Assembly: GCA_963796055.1 (NCBI GenBank)
Contig: CAWCKH010000001.1
Location: forward strand, 160,001-224,000
Reading direction: 5' to 3'
DNA length: 64,000 bases
Source: an uncultured delta proteobacterium
GTDB lineage: Bacteria; Myxococcota; Myxococcia; Myxococcales; Myxococcaceae
Shown here: positions 9,383 through 19,114 of the stretch, piece by piece
How the letters are laid out: each line of letters opens with the position of its first letter
Numbering within the stretch: position 1 is the stretch's first letter
The notes under the pieces: generated by a model
The model's database searches: none
The model's input: only the letters and a program-made list of their open reading frames with translations
What the model was told of the DNA's origin: nothing
Translations under genes and position numbers: made by a program

Positions 9383-9437
9383 CGGTTCCCCCCGGGCGTC
9401 CTGGGGGGCAACCTCACAGGAGACGAGGCGGCGGGCC

Positions 9438-12131
9438 GTGGACCGGAGCGGAGCGGCGACAGCACGGGCAGCGGCGGTGGAGGAGCAGCCGGCGGACGCG
9501 GCGGTCACCCCGATGATCCGCCAGTACCTGGACGCGAAGGCCCGCGCCGGAGACGCTTTCCTCTTCTTCCGGCTGGGCGACTTCTACGAGCTCTTCTTCG
9601 AGGATGCCGTGCGGGCCTCCGAGCTGCTGGGCATCACCCTCACCGCGCGGAGCAAGGGACCCGAGCGAGTGCCGATGTGCGGCGTCCCGTTCCACGCCGC
9701 GCGCCGCTACCTGGCCAGGCTCCTCGAGTTCGGCCACAAGGTCGCCATCTGCGAGCAGGTGGAGGCACCGGGCGCGGGACCCGGGATCGTCCGGAGGGAG
9801 GTCGTCCGCATCGTCACCCCGGGGACGGTGCTGGACGAGGACGTGCTCGACGCCGCCCGGGCCGCCTGGCTGGTCGCGATCAGCGCAGGGGACGCCGCCC
9901 ACGGGGCGGCCCTCCTCGACGTCACGACCGGAGACTTCCGCGCGCTCCAGGGTCCGTCCCTTCAGGGGGTGCTGGACGTCGTCGCCGCGCACGAGCCACG
10001 CGAGGTCCTCATCCCCTCGGACGCCTCGGCCGCGCTGCGGACCGCCGTCCGTGACGCCCTCGGCGCCTTGCCCCTGACGGAGCGCGAGCCGGCCCACTTC
10101 GAGGCCACCCGGGCCGGCGCCTTCCTCCGGACCCACTTCGGGGTGGCCACTCTCGAGGGCTTCGGGGTCGACGGCGCGGCACGGGCGGTGGCCGCTGCCG
10201 GCGCCGCGCTCCGCTACCTGAAGGACACCCAGCGCACGGAAGCGCGCCACGTCCATGCGCTCCGGCGGGTGCCGCTCGAGTCCACCCTGGTCCTCGACGA
10301 GATCACCCGGACCAACCTCGAGGTCCTCCGGACGATGCGCGATGGCTCCCGGGCCGGCGCGCTGCTGGGGGTGGTGGACCGCACCGTCACCGCGCTCGGG
10401 GCGCGCCGGCTGGCCGAGTGGCTGCTCGCGCCGCTCCTGGACCTGGACGCCATCCGCGCCCGGCAGGACGCGGTCGAGGAGCTGTCCAGCAAGGCGGTGT
10501 GGCGCGAGGCATGGGCGGGGCTGCTCCGCCAGGTCGCGGACGTGGAGCGCATCCTCGGGCGGCTGGCCACCGGGCTGGGAACGCCACGCGATCTGGCAGG
10601 CCTCGGCCGGAGCCTGGCAGTGCTGCCGGATCTCGGCACCGCGCTCGAGGGCTGCCGGGCCGGGCTCTGGAAACGGCTGGCCGGGCCGCTGCGTGGCTTC
10701 GAACCGCTCGCCACGCAGCTCCAGCGCGCCCTGGTGGACACACCCCCGGCGGACCTGGACGAGGGCGGGTTCATCCGCCCGGGCTACTCGGAGGAGCTGG
10801 ACGCCCTGGTCGCCCTGGCGACGGACGGCCGGAGCACCCTGGTCGAGCTCGAGCGGCGGGAGCGTGCCCGCACCGGCATCTCGAGCCTGAAGGTCCGCTA
10901 CACCCGGGTGTTCGGCTACTTCTTCGAGGTCACCCGGGCCAACCTGCACCTCGTCCCCCAGGGGTGGGAGCGCCGGCAGACGATGGTCGGCGCCGAGCGC
11001 TTCGTCACCCCGGAGCTGAAGGCCTTCGAGGCGCAGGTGCTGGGGGCGGACGAGAAACGCATCGGCCTGGAACGGGCGCTGTTCGACGAGCTCCGGGACG
11101 CGGTGCTCGCCCGGGCCGCGGCGCTCCGGGCCGCCGCCGACGCCCTGGCCTCGACCGATGCGCTGGCGTCGCTGGCACGGGTGGCGGCCGAGAACGGCTA
11201 CTGCCGCCCGGTGGTGGAAGACTCGGACGTGCTGGAGCTGGATAGGTCCCGCCACCCGGTGGTCGAGCGGCGGGTCTCTGCCGAGCCCTTCGTGCCCAAC
11301 GACCTCACCCTGGACCGCACAGGCTCCCAGCTGGTGGTCCTCACCGGTCCGAACATGGCGGGGAAGAGCACGCTGCTGCGTCAGGTGGCGCTCACCGTGC
11401 TGCTCGCCCAGGCAGGGAGCTTCGTCCCGGCGTCGCGGGCCCGCATCGGGCGGGTGGACCGCATCTTCACCCGGGTGGGCGCCTCGGACGACCTCGCCCG
11501 GGGCCAGTCGACGTTCATGGTGGAGATGGCGGAGACGGCATCCATCCTCCACCACGCCACCGAGCGGAGCCTGGTGCTGCTGGACGAGATCGGCCGTGGG
11601 ACCTCCACCTTCGACGGCCTGTCCATCGCCTGGGCAGTCGCCGAGCACCTGCACGACGTCATCGGCGCCCGGACGCTCTTCGCCACGCACTACCACGAGC
11701 TGGTGGAGCTGGCCCGGACCCATCCCCGGGTGCGCAACCTCTCGATGGGCGTCCGCGAGTCCGGCGGGAAGGTGGTCTTCCTCCGGACGGTGGTCGAGGG
11801 CGGGGCGAGCAAGAGCTACGGCATCGAGGTGGCGCGGCTCGCCGGCCTGCCCGGGAGCGTCCTGCGCCGGGCGCGCGAGGTGCTCCGCCGTCTGGAGACG
11901 GAAGGCGCGCCCCGCCCCGGGGTGGTGCGGGTGGACGAGGACCAGCTGCCGCTCCGGCTCGAGGACGGCGGTCCGCCCACGCTGCTCCCGGACGACGTCA
12001 CCCCGGACGGGCCGTCGGTCGAGTCCGAGGTCCTGGCCGCGCTTCGAGAGGCCCGGCTGGACGAGACGACGCCGCTCCAGGCGCTGCAGCTCCTCGCCCG
12101 GCTCCACGCGGACCTCGTCCGCGGGGGCTGA
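9438..12131 (+). CDS. mutS: DNA mismatch repair protein MutS
   Basis: TPMIRQY, GDFYELFFEDA, TGPNMAGKST, STFMVEM, DEIGRGTST, FATHYHEL, SYGIEVA; start GTG 9438 or 9477. Confidence 0.97.
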   Translation: MDRSGAATARAAAVEEQPADAAVTPMIRQYLDAKARAGDAFLFFRLGDFYELFFEDAVRASELLGITLTARSKGPERVPMCGVPFHAARRYLARLLEFGHKVAICEQVEAPGAGPGIVRREVVRIVTPGTVLDEDVLDAARAAWLVAISAGDAAHGAALLDVTTGDFRALQGPSLQGVLDVVAAHEPREVLIPSDASAALRTAVRDALGALPLTEREPAHFEATRAGAFLRTHFGVATLEGFGVDGAARAVAAAGAALRYLKDTQRTEARHVHALRRVPLESTLVLDEITRTNLEVLRTMRDGSRAGALLGVVDRTVTALGARRLAEWLLAPLLDLDAIRARQDAVEELSSKAVWREAWAGLLRQVADVERILGRLATGLGTPRDLAGLGRSLAVLPDLGTALEGCRAGLWKRLAGPLRGFEPLATQLQRALVDTPPADLDEGGFIRPGYSEELDALVALATDGRSTLVELERRERARTGISSLKVRYTRVFGYFFEVTRANLHLVPQGWERRQTMVGAERFVTPELKAFEAQVLGADEKRIGLERALFDELRDAVLARAAALRAAADALASTDALASLARVAAENGYCRPVVEDSDVLELDRSRHPVVERRVSAEPFVPNDLTLDRTGSQLVVLTGPNMAGKSTLLRQVALTVLLAQAGSFVPASRARIGRVDRIFTRVGASDDLARGQSTFMVEMAETASILHHATERSLVLLDEIGRGTSTFDGLSIAWAVAEHLHDVIGARTLFATHYHELVELARTHPRVRNLSMGVRESGGKVVFLRTVVEGGASKSYGIEVARLAGLPGSVLRRAREVLRRLETEGAPRPGVVRVDEDQLPLRLEDGGPPTLLPDDVTPDGPSVESEVLAALREARLDETTPLQALQLLARLHADLVRGG

Positions 12132-12186
12132 GGCAGCAGCAAGGCAAGCGACCGAAAATTTGCCCGCGCGATCACCCCGGGTTCAC

Positions 12187-13974
12187 ATGGCTGTAGTCGT
12201 GAATCCTACCCGCCTGGCCCTGGCCATCAGTGTCTTCGCACTGCCCGCGCTCGCCGCTCCCGAGCCGGCGGAGCAGGCCTACCAGGCCGCGCGCAAGGGC
12301 TACTACGCGCTGAAGAAGGACCCGAAGCGCCGGAAACTTCGCGACAGCTGGCTCACCGTGGCCCACCGGTTCGAGGCGGTGGCGAGGAAGTATCCGACGA
12401 GCACCCGGGCCCCCGACTCGCTCTTCACCGCCGGTCAGATGCTGTCGGACCTCAGCCGGATCAGCCTCGTGGCCGAGGACGCCACGGCCTCGATGGAGGA
12501 TTACCGGACGCTCCTCGAGAATTACCCGCGCAGCGCACTCGCCGACGATGCGGCGCTGGCACTCGCCCGCGGCCATCTCGACCGGGAGCAGCCCGACGCC
12601 GCGCGGAAGGTGCTCCAGCGCGCCGCGCAGCTCCCGAGGGGTGACCAGACCGCGCGTCTTCGCGCCCTGGCGGCGTCGCTCCCACCCGGGGCGAAGGACA
12701 GCCGGAAGGCGGCCAAGGGCGAGGCGGTCGCCAGGCGCGAGTCCTCGACCGAGACGCGCCCGACGACCGCGAGCACACGGGACGGGTCGAGCGACTCCAC
12801 CGGGCGAGGGAATCCACCGGCCGACCGACGCGCCGTCTCATCGACGCGCGCAGGCGCGGAGGCGCGAGCCGCTCCTGCGACCCACGGAGAATCGGGTCCG
12901 GCTCTCACCGTGCGCCAGGCACCAGGGCACGCCGTCGAGACCCCTGCCTGGCTGAAGCAGGTGACGACCCCGAAGCCCGCCACGCCCGAAGCGGCCGAGA
13001 CTGCCTCGAGCGACGAGGCCACGCCGGACGAGGACCCCGACGCTGCCGAGCCGACCCCGGAGGTCGATCGCTCCGCCGAGCATCCCGGCGCGCCCCCGGC
13101 CGACGCTCCCCGGAAGCGCCCGGTGGCGGGGACCGCCCCGGCGACCGCCGAGCTCGGCCGTGCGTCCGGCCCGCCCGATGCCGGTGCGCTCCTCGCGCTG
13201 GCCCCTTCCACCCAGGTTCGCGAGCGGCTCCGCGCCATCCGCAAGCGCGCCCCGAGCGAGGTCACGCTCGCCGAGCAGCTCGGCCTCAAGGTTCGCCGGG
13301 TGGTGATCGATCCCGGCCACGGCGGCCACGACACCGGCACCGTCGGCGCGGACGGCACCAAGGAGAAGGACGTCGCCCTGGCCATCGCCAGGAAGCTCCG
13401 CACCGTGCTGACCGAGCAGGGCCTGGAGGTGGTCCTCACCCGCGAGACCGACCACTTCGTTCGGCTCGAGGAGCGGGCACGGCTGGCCAACGTCGCCCGC
13501 GGGGACCTCTTCATCTCGGTGCACTGCAACTCGCTCCCCCAGCGCCACATCCGCGGCATCGAGACCTACACCCTGAACCTGGCTTCGGACCGCTACGCCA
13601 TCCGCCTCGCGGCGCGCGAGAACGCAACCTCGGAGAAGGGGATGTCGGACCTCCGCTTCCTCCTCGCCGACCTGGCCACCCGGGCCAACACCGAGGAGTC
13701 GGTGCGGCTCGCCACCCAGGTCCAGTCGGGCCTGATCTCGAAGCTCACGGCGAAGGACCGGAGGATCCGCGACCTCGGCACCAAGGAGGCGCTCTTCTAC
13801 GTCCTGCTGGGGACGAAGATGCCGGCCATCCTGGTCGAGACCGGGTTCCTCTCCAACGCCGAGGAGGAGAAGCGCCTGGCCTCCCCGACCTACCAGGAGG
13901 ACGTCGCCCGGGCGATCGCCGCCGGGGTGCAGGACTTCCTCGGCAACCGCGAGCGGCTGGCCAAGGCGAACTAG
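12187..13974 (+). CDS. N-acetylmuramoyl-L-alanine amidase (Amidase_3) with N-terminal TPR-like region
   Basis: Signal peptide, helical TPR-like domain, long linker, IDPGHGGHD, EKDV, LFISVHCN, ILVETGFLSN. Confidence 0.92.
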   Translation: MAVVVNPTRLALAISVFALPALAAPEPAEQAYQAARKGYYALKKDPKRRKLRDSWLTVAHRFEAVARKYPTSTRAPDSLFTAGQMLSDLSRISLVAEDATASMEDYRTLLENYPRSALADDAALALARGHLDREQPDAARKVLQRAAQLPRGDQTARLRALAASLPPGAKDSRKAAKGEAVARRESSTETRPTTASTRDGSSDSTGRGNPPADRRAVSSTRAGAEARAAPATHGESGPALTVRQAPGHAVETPAWLKQVTTPKPATPEAAETASSDEATPDEDPDAAEPTPEVDRSAEHPGAPPADAPRKRPVAGTAPATAELGRASGPPDAGALLALAPSTQVRERLRAIRKRAPSEVTLAEQLGLKVRRVVIDPGHGGHDTGTVGADGTKEKDVALAIARKLRTVLTEQGLEVVLTRETDHFVRLEERARLANVARGDLFISVHCNSLPQRHIRGIETYTLNLASDRYAIRLAARENATSEKGMSDLRFLLADLATRANTEESVRLATQVQSGLISKLTAKDRRIRDLGTKEALFYVLLGTKMPAILVETGFLSNAEEEKRLASPTYQEDVARAIAAGVQDFLGNRERLAKAN

Positions 13975-13993
13975 GAGCCTGTCGGGCACAGCT

Positions 13994-14075
13994 GACTGCG
14001 GCCGCCCTGACCTCGCCGACTGCAGCCCACCCGACGACACCCTGACCCGGATTTCGACTGCGGCCGCCCTGACCT
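13994..14075. repeat. Perfect 20-nt direct repeat with two degenerate copies between, upstream of glnD
   Basis: gactgcggccgccctgacct at 13994-14013 and 14056-14075; partial copies starting at 14018 and 14036. Confidence 0.85.
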
Positions 14076-14094
14076 ATCCTCTCCGGTCGAGGCC

Positions 14095-16758
14095 ATGTCC
14101 GCCGTCTCCGCCGAACTGCACGCGCTTCCTCCCACGCCCCAGCGGGTCTGCTCCCAGGCCCTGGTCGCGTCGATCCCTCCCTTCCCCGCGAAGGGGAGCC
14201 TCGGAGAGCGCCTGCGTCAGCACCGGACCGAGTCGCTCGCCCGCGTCCGCGCCTTTCACGCAGGGGGCGGTGCGGGCCTCTCCACGGCCCGGCTGGTGAC
14301 CGCCGCGGCCGACGAAGCGCTGGGGGCGCTGTGGGACGTCCTGGCGCCGGCCCACAAGCTGGTGGGCGCGGTGCTGATCGGAGTGGGCGGGACCGGACGG
14401 CGGGAGATGAGCCCCGGCTCCGACTGGGACCTCGTTCTGCTACACACCGGCCGGGGCGAGGTGGCGAGCTTCGCCCGGGCGTTCTCCACCGCGCTCTGGG
14501 ACGCCCGGGTCCACCTCGGCTGGAGCGTGCGCACCCTGGCCGAGGCGACCGGTGCGGCACGGGAGGACACCGACCTTCGCACCGCGCTCCTCGACGCCCG
14601 GCGCATCGCCGGGGACGGCCGGCTGTGGGGCCGCGTCGAGCGCACCTTGCTCGCCGAGCAGCGGACGCGCGACGTCGACGGCTTCGTCCAGGCCAAGGCC
14701 AGGGAGGTCGCTGCACGGCACGAGAAGTTCGGAGACACGGTCTTCCTGCTGGAGCCCAACGTGAAGCAGGGCCAGGGCGGGCTGCGGGACCTCGAGGCCG
14801 CTCTCTGGGTGGCCCAGGTCCGCTTCCACGCCCGGACCCTGGGCCAGGTGCTGGAGCGTGGGGTCCTTCCCCGGCACGACGTGGCCGAGGCCCGCGCCGC
14901 GCGCGACTTCCTGATGCGCGTCCGCCACGCCGCCCATCTCGCCACCGGTCGGAAGGAGGATCGGCTCACCTTCGAGCTGCAGACGAGCCTCTCGCAGGAG
15001 CTGGGCTACCGGACCGGCCCCGAGGGCGCGGCGGTGGAGCGCTTCATGCGCCACGTCTACCTCGCCGCCGGCACGTTGCGCCGGGTGGCGGACGCGGTCC
15101 TGGCCCGGGCCGAGGAGGAGCGTGCGCCCCGGCGCATCTTCCGCTCCGAGCGCAGGGTGGGCCACTTCAAGGTGTTCCGCGGCCGGCTCACCGTGGACGA
15201 CGGCACGCTGTTCCAGCGCGCCCCCGCCGAGGTGCTGCGGCTGTTCCAGCACGCGGGCGAGCTGGGGGTCCCCATCTACAGCTGGGCGCGCGAGCGCATC
15301 AGCGAGGCCCTGCCGGCTCTGGCGGCCGCCCGCGGTGACCCCGAGGTGGTGGAGGCGCTCAAGGCGCTGTTCCGCTCCCCGGCGGGGCAGGGCGCGGTGC
15401 TGGACGAGATGCACGCTCTCGGCGTGCTGGGGGCGCTGGTACCCGAGTTCGGGCGCATCACCGCCCACCACCAGAACGACCTGTACCACGTGTACACCGT
15501 GGACGTTCACACCCTTCGCGCGCTCCACCGGCTGTACGCGCTGCAGGCCGGGGACCTGGTGGATGTCGAGCCGGAGCTCGGGCGGCTGATGGCCGACCTC
15601 GAGGACCCTCTGCCCCTCTACCTGGGCATGCTCCTCCACGACGCGGGGAAGGGCCTGGGCGGCGATCACTCCGTCCGGGGTTGCGAGCTGATGGCCACGC
15701 TCGGCGAGCGACTCGGGCTCACCCGACGTCAGCGGGAGGTGGCCGAGTTCCTGGTCCTGCACCACCTGACGTTGAGCCAGACGGCGCAGCGGCGCGACCT
15801 GTCGGACCCGGAGCTCATCCGCTGGTTCGCCGACCTCTGCGGCGACCCGGAGAAGCTCGACGCGCTCTACCTCCTCACCTGGGCGGACATGTGCTCGGTC
15901 GCTCCCGGGATGTGGAACGCCTGGCGCGCCGGGCTGGTCCAGGAGCTCTACCGCAAGGCGCACGCGGTGCTCTCGGGGAAGCAGGGCACCGAGCGGACGG
16001 CGCGCGAGGCGTTCTCCGAGGCCTGGATCCGCAGGCTGGGAGTCGAGGAGGCCAACCGTCTCCTCCTGGCGCTGCCCGACCGGTACTTCGACGCGACCCC
16101 GCCGGCGGACGCGCTCCGGCACGCGGTGCTGCTCCGTCGCGCCCGGCGCTTCCCTATCGCCGCGGTGCTCCGACGGACGCTGGAGGGGCACGCCGAGGTG
16201 CACGTGGCCGCGCCCGACGCCCCGGGGCTGCTGGCCACCTGGAGTGGGGTGCTCGCCGCGCACGGCCTGGACATCCTCTCGGCGCGTATCGTGTCCACCG
16301 CCGACGGCTATGCGCTGGACGTCTTCGAGGTGCGCGGGCGCGCCGGGCGGCCGGTGGAGCGCACGCGCTGGCGCCGGGCCCGGGCGGATCTCGTCGCTGC
16401 CGCGCGGGGGAAGCTCGACGTGCCGGCGCTGCTCGCCCGCCGCCGCGGGGGAAAGATTCTCCACCGGGCGCTGCCGCCGGTGGCGACCCGGGTGAGCGTC
16501 GACAACCGCGCCTCGCAGGGCTTCACCGTCGTGGACGTGCGGGGCGAGGACCGGCTGGGGCTGCTCCACGACCTCGCCGCGGCGCTGGCCGGCGCACGGC
16601 TGGAGATCGCCGTGGCCAAGGTCGCCACCGAGGCCAACCGGGCCATCGACTCCTTCTACGTCACCCGCGGAGGCGAGAAGCTGACCGACCCCGCCGAGGT
16701 GGAGGCGGTGCGAGCGCAGCTCGCCGCTGCGGTCCCTGCCCCCACGGTCGGAGGGTAG
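14095..16758 (+). CDS. glnD: [Protein-PII] uridylyltransferase/uridylyl-removing enzyme
   Basis: NTase motif GGTGRREMSPGSDWD, LEPNVKQGQGGLRDL, HD domain (HVYTVDVH...LLHDAGKG), two ACT domains. Confidence 0.95.
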   Translation: MSAVSAELHALPPTPQRVCSQALVASIPPFPAKGSLGERLRQHRTESLARVRAFHAGGGAGLSTARLVTAAADEALGALWDVLAPAHKLVGAVLIGVGGTGRREMSPGSDWDLVLLHTGRGEVASFARAFSTALWDARVHLGWSVRTLAEATGAAREDTDLRTALLDARRIAGDGRLWGRVERTLLAEQRTRDVDGFVQAKAREVAARHEKFGDTVFLLEPNVKQGQGGLRDLEAALWVAQVRFHARTLGQVLERGVLPRHDVAEARAARDFLMRVRHAAHLATGRKEDRLTFELQTSLSQELGYRTGPEGAAVERFMRHVYLAAGTLRRVADAVLARAEEERAPRRIFRSERRVGHFKVFRGRLTVDDGTLFQRAPAEVLRLFQHAGELGVPIYSWARERISEALPALAAARGDPEVVEALKALFRSPAGQGAVLDEMHALGVLGALVPEFGRITAHHQNDLYHVYTVDVHTLRALHRLYALQAGDLVDVEPELGRLMADLEDPLPLYLGMLLHDAGKGLGGDHSVRGCELMATLGERLGLTRRQREVAEFLVLHHLTLSQTAQRRDLSDPELIRWFADLCGDPEKLDALYLLTWADMCSVAPGMWNAWRAGLVQELYRKAHAVLSGKQGTERTAREAFSEAWIRRLGVEEANRLLLALPDRYFDATPPADALRHAVLLRRARRFPIAAVLRRTLEGHAEVHVAAPDAPGLLATWSGVLAAHGLDILSARIVSTADGYALDVFEVRGRAGRPVERTRWRRARADLVAAARGKLDVPALLARRRGGKILHRALPPVATRVSVDNRASQGFTVVDVRGEDRLGLLHDLAAALAGARLEIAVAKVATEANRAIDSFYVTRGGEKLTDPAEVEAVRAQLAAAVPAPTVGG

Positions 16759-16886
16759 CCAGGCGACCAAGCCTTCCGTGCTGCGGGGCCCGGTCGTGCG
16801 CTCCCTCGAGACGGAATGAATCCAACGTGCGGCGGGTTGCCCCCACGAAGGCCAGGAGTTTCCGACCTGAGGCCGGTGCATCGGTC

Positions 16887-16910
16887 AAGTTCCCGAAACC
16901 GCGGGAACTT
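16887..16910. promoter_or_regulatory. Perfect inverted repeat AAGTTCCCG-N6-CGGGAACTT (operator/enhancer or hairpin)
   Basis: 9-bp perfect arms in the glnD-KGG intergenic region; function inferred. Confidence 0.55.
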
Positions 16911-17066
16911 TCACCTGGCGCCGGGCGGAGGGAAGGTGCAGCTTCTCGGTCGAATGCCTGGCTGTGCACGGGTCTTGCTTGCGTTTCCCGTGCGCCGTCG
17001 CACCTTGCGTCCTAAGGAGCGGAGCGAGGGCTGGTCGGGGTGGCCGCGAAGGGAAAGAGGAAAGCA

Positions 17067-17465
17067 ATGACGGACAAGGACAACAAGGGAAGCATGACCG
17101 TGGCGGAGGCCGGGAGAAAAGGCGGGGAGACGGTCCGGAACGAGCGCGGCCGGGAGTTCTACGAGACGATCGGCAGAAAGGGTGGGGCGACCGTCAAGGC
17201 GGAGCGCGGGCGCGCGTTCTACGAGGAGATCGGCCGCAAGGGCGGCGAGACGGTCAAGGCCGAGCGCGGCGCCAAGTTCTACGAGGAGATCGGCAAGAAG
17301 GGCGGCGACCGGGTGAAGGCCACCCGGGGCCCGAACTTCTACGAGGAGATCGGCCGCAAGGGTGGGCAGAAGGTCAAGAAGCTCATCGAAGAGGGAAAGC
17401 GGGCGGCGCGCGAAGCGGCGGCGGCGCCGTCGAGCAACGGCGGACACGAGCCCTCGAAGGGTTGA
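17067..17465 (+). CDS. KGG-repeat general stress protein (GsiB/YciG/Em-like)
   Basis: SMTVAEAGRKGG then 20-aa repeats FYE(E/T)IG(R/K)KGG; AGAGGA RBS before ATG 17067. Confidence 0.92.
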   Translation: MTDKDNKGSMTVAEAGRKGGETVRNERGREFYETIGRKGGATVKAERGRAFYEEIGRKGGETVKAERGAKFYEEIGKKGGDRVKATRGPNFYEEIGRKGGQKVKKLIEEGKRAAREAAAAPSSNGGHEPSKG

Positions 17466-17477
17466 TATGCGAGGGGC

Positions 17478-18134
17478 GTGACCGCGCCCCTCGTTCCGGT
17501 CGACGGACGGCATCCGCAACCGCGGACGGTCGAGCATGCCGTGCAGTCTCTCCAGGATGGAGAGCTGCTCGGCTACCCCAGTGACACCACGTACGCCCTC
17601 GGCTGCGACGCCCACCAGCGCCGAGCCGTGGAGCGGCTGGCGCAGCTGAAGCACCGAGATCCCAGGAAGCCGTTCGCCCTGCTGGTGGCGGACCTCTCGG
17701 ACCTTGCGCGCTACGCCCAGGTCAGCAACTTCGCCTACCGGGTGCTGCGGCAGCTGGCGCCCGGACCGTTCACCTTCGTGCTTCCGGCCACCCGGCTGGT
17801 GCCGGAGCTGCTGCTGCACCGAAAGCGCGAGGTCGGCCTCCGGATTCCGGACGCGCCAGTGGCGCGGGCCCTGGTGCGCGGGCTCGGCCGGCCGCTGGTG
17901 ACCACCACCGCCACCGCGCTCGAGGAGCAGCTCGACGGCGGCCGCGGCCGCACCATCCGGGTGGAGGGTGAGTCCCTGACCGACGCCGGCGAGGTACGCG
18001 ACACGTACGGCCATGCCCTCGCCCAGGTGCTCGACGCGGGGCCGTTGCCCGGCGACCCCAGCACCGTCCTCTCGCTCATGGGTGACAGCCTCGAGGTGCT
18101 GCGCCAGGGCGCGGGGCTCGTCGCCGGGCCGTAG
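17478..18134 (+). CDS. YrdC/Sua5/YciO family protein
   Basis: YPSDTTYALGC, LKHR...KPF, PGPFTFVL, VGLRIPD, PSTV, LRQG. Confidence 0.88.
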   Translation: MTAPLVPVDGRHPQPRTVEHAVQSLQDGELLGYPSDTTYALGCDAHQRRAVERLAQLKHRDPRKPFALLVADLSDLARYAQVSNFAYRVLRQLAPGPFTFVLPATRLVPELLLHRKREVGLRIPDAPVARALVRGLGRPLVTTTATALEEQLDGGRGRTIRVEGESLTDAGEVRDTYGHALAQVLDAGPLPGDPSTVLSLMGDSLEVLRQGAGLVAGP

Positions 18135-18181
18135 AAAACTGTTCCCCCGCGCAGGCAGGGCTACGGTTGTCGGGAGGGTCC

Positions 18182-19096
18182 ATGCCCGCTTCCTCGCGCC
18201 CGCTGGAGCCGTACCTCGACGCCTTCGTCGCCTACCTCCGGGCGGAGCGCGGGCTGTCCCCGAGGACCGTGGAGGCGTACGCCACGGACCTGGTGGACTA
18301 CCTGGATTCTCTGCCGCGAACCGAGGTGCGAACGGCCGACGCAGTCAGGCAGGAGCACGTGCGGAGGCACCTGGCCACGCTCGGCCGGCGGCTCTCCCCG
18401 CGGAGCCAGGCCCGCCACCTGGCGGCCATCCGCATGTTCCATCGCTTCCTGGTGGCCGAGCGCCACGCGAAGGACGACCCCACCGAGCAGGTGGAGACCC
18501 CCCGCCCCTCGCGGCGCCTCCCGGTCTTCCTCACCCTCGAGGAGGTGGAGGCCCTTCTGGAAGCGCCGAGGGAGACGACGGCCGCGGGGCTCCGCGACCG
18601 GGCGATGCTGCACGTGCTCTACGCCACCGGACTCCGCGTCAGCGAGCTGGTGGGGCTGACCGTCAACTCGGTCCAGCTCGACGGCGGCTACCTCGTCGCC
18701 CGGGGGAAGGGCGACAAGGAGCGGCTGGTGCCGCTCGGGCGGCGAGCGGTGGCCGCCGTCCGGGGCTGGCTCGCCAGCGGCCGTCCGCAGCTTCTCCGTG
18801 GGCGCCCCTGCAGGGCGCTCTTCGTCGGGCCTCGGGGCACGGCGCTCACCCGCCAGGGAGTGTGGAAGCTGCTGCGGAGGCACGCGCTCGCCGCCGGCAT
18901 CCGCAAGCCGCTGAGCCCGCACAAGCTCCGCCACTCCTTCGCCACCCACCTCGTCGAGCGCGGGGCGGATCTCCGGGTGGTGCAGGCGATGCTCGGCCAC
19001 GCCGACCTCGCCACCACCCAGATCTACACCCACGTCGACGGCCGGCGGCTCCGCGCGGTCTACGACGCAGCCCACCCGCGCAGCCGGAGCGGTTAA
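18182..19096 (+). CDS. xerD: Site-specific tyrosine recombinase XerD
   Basis: LYATGLRVSEL, GKGDKERLVP, LTRQGVW, SPHKLRHSFATHL, LGHADLATTQIYTHV; housekeeping context. Confidence 0.93.
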   Translation: MPASSRPLEPYLDAFVAYLRAERGLSPRTVEAYATDLVDYLDSLPRTEVRTADAVRQEHVRRHLATLGRRLSPRSQARHLAAIRMFHRFLVAERHAKDDPTEQVETPRPSRRLPVFLTLEEVEALLEAPRETTAAGLRDRAMLHVLYATGLRVSELVGLTVNSVQLDGGYLVARGKGDKERLVPLGRRAVAAVRGWLASGRPQLLRGRPCRALFVGPRGTALTRQGVWKLLRRHALAAGIRKPLSPHKLRHSFATHLVERGADLRVVQAMLGHADLATTQIYTHVDGRRLRAVYDAAHPRSRSG

Positions 19097-19114
19097 GGTT
19101 TGGCGCTCCGCCCC

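Noticed and set aside
13994..14075. Mini-CRISPR interpretation of the 20-nt repeat
   Set aside because: Only two exact copies, the 'spacer' is itself made of decayed repeat copies, and there are no cas genes
18182..19096. Tyrosine recombinase as a prophage or island integrase
   Set aside because: XerD-type motifs and housekeeping neighbours; no att repeats or phage genes
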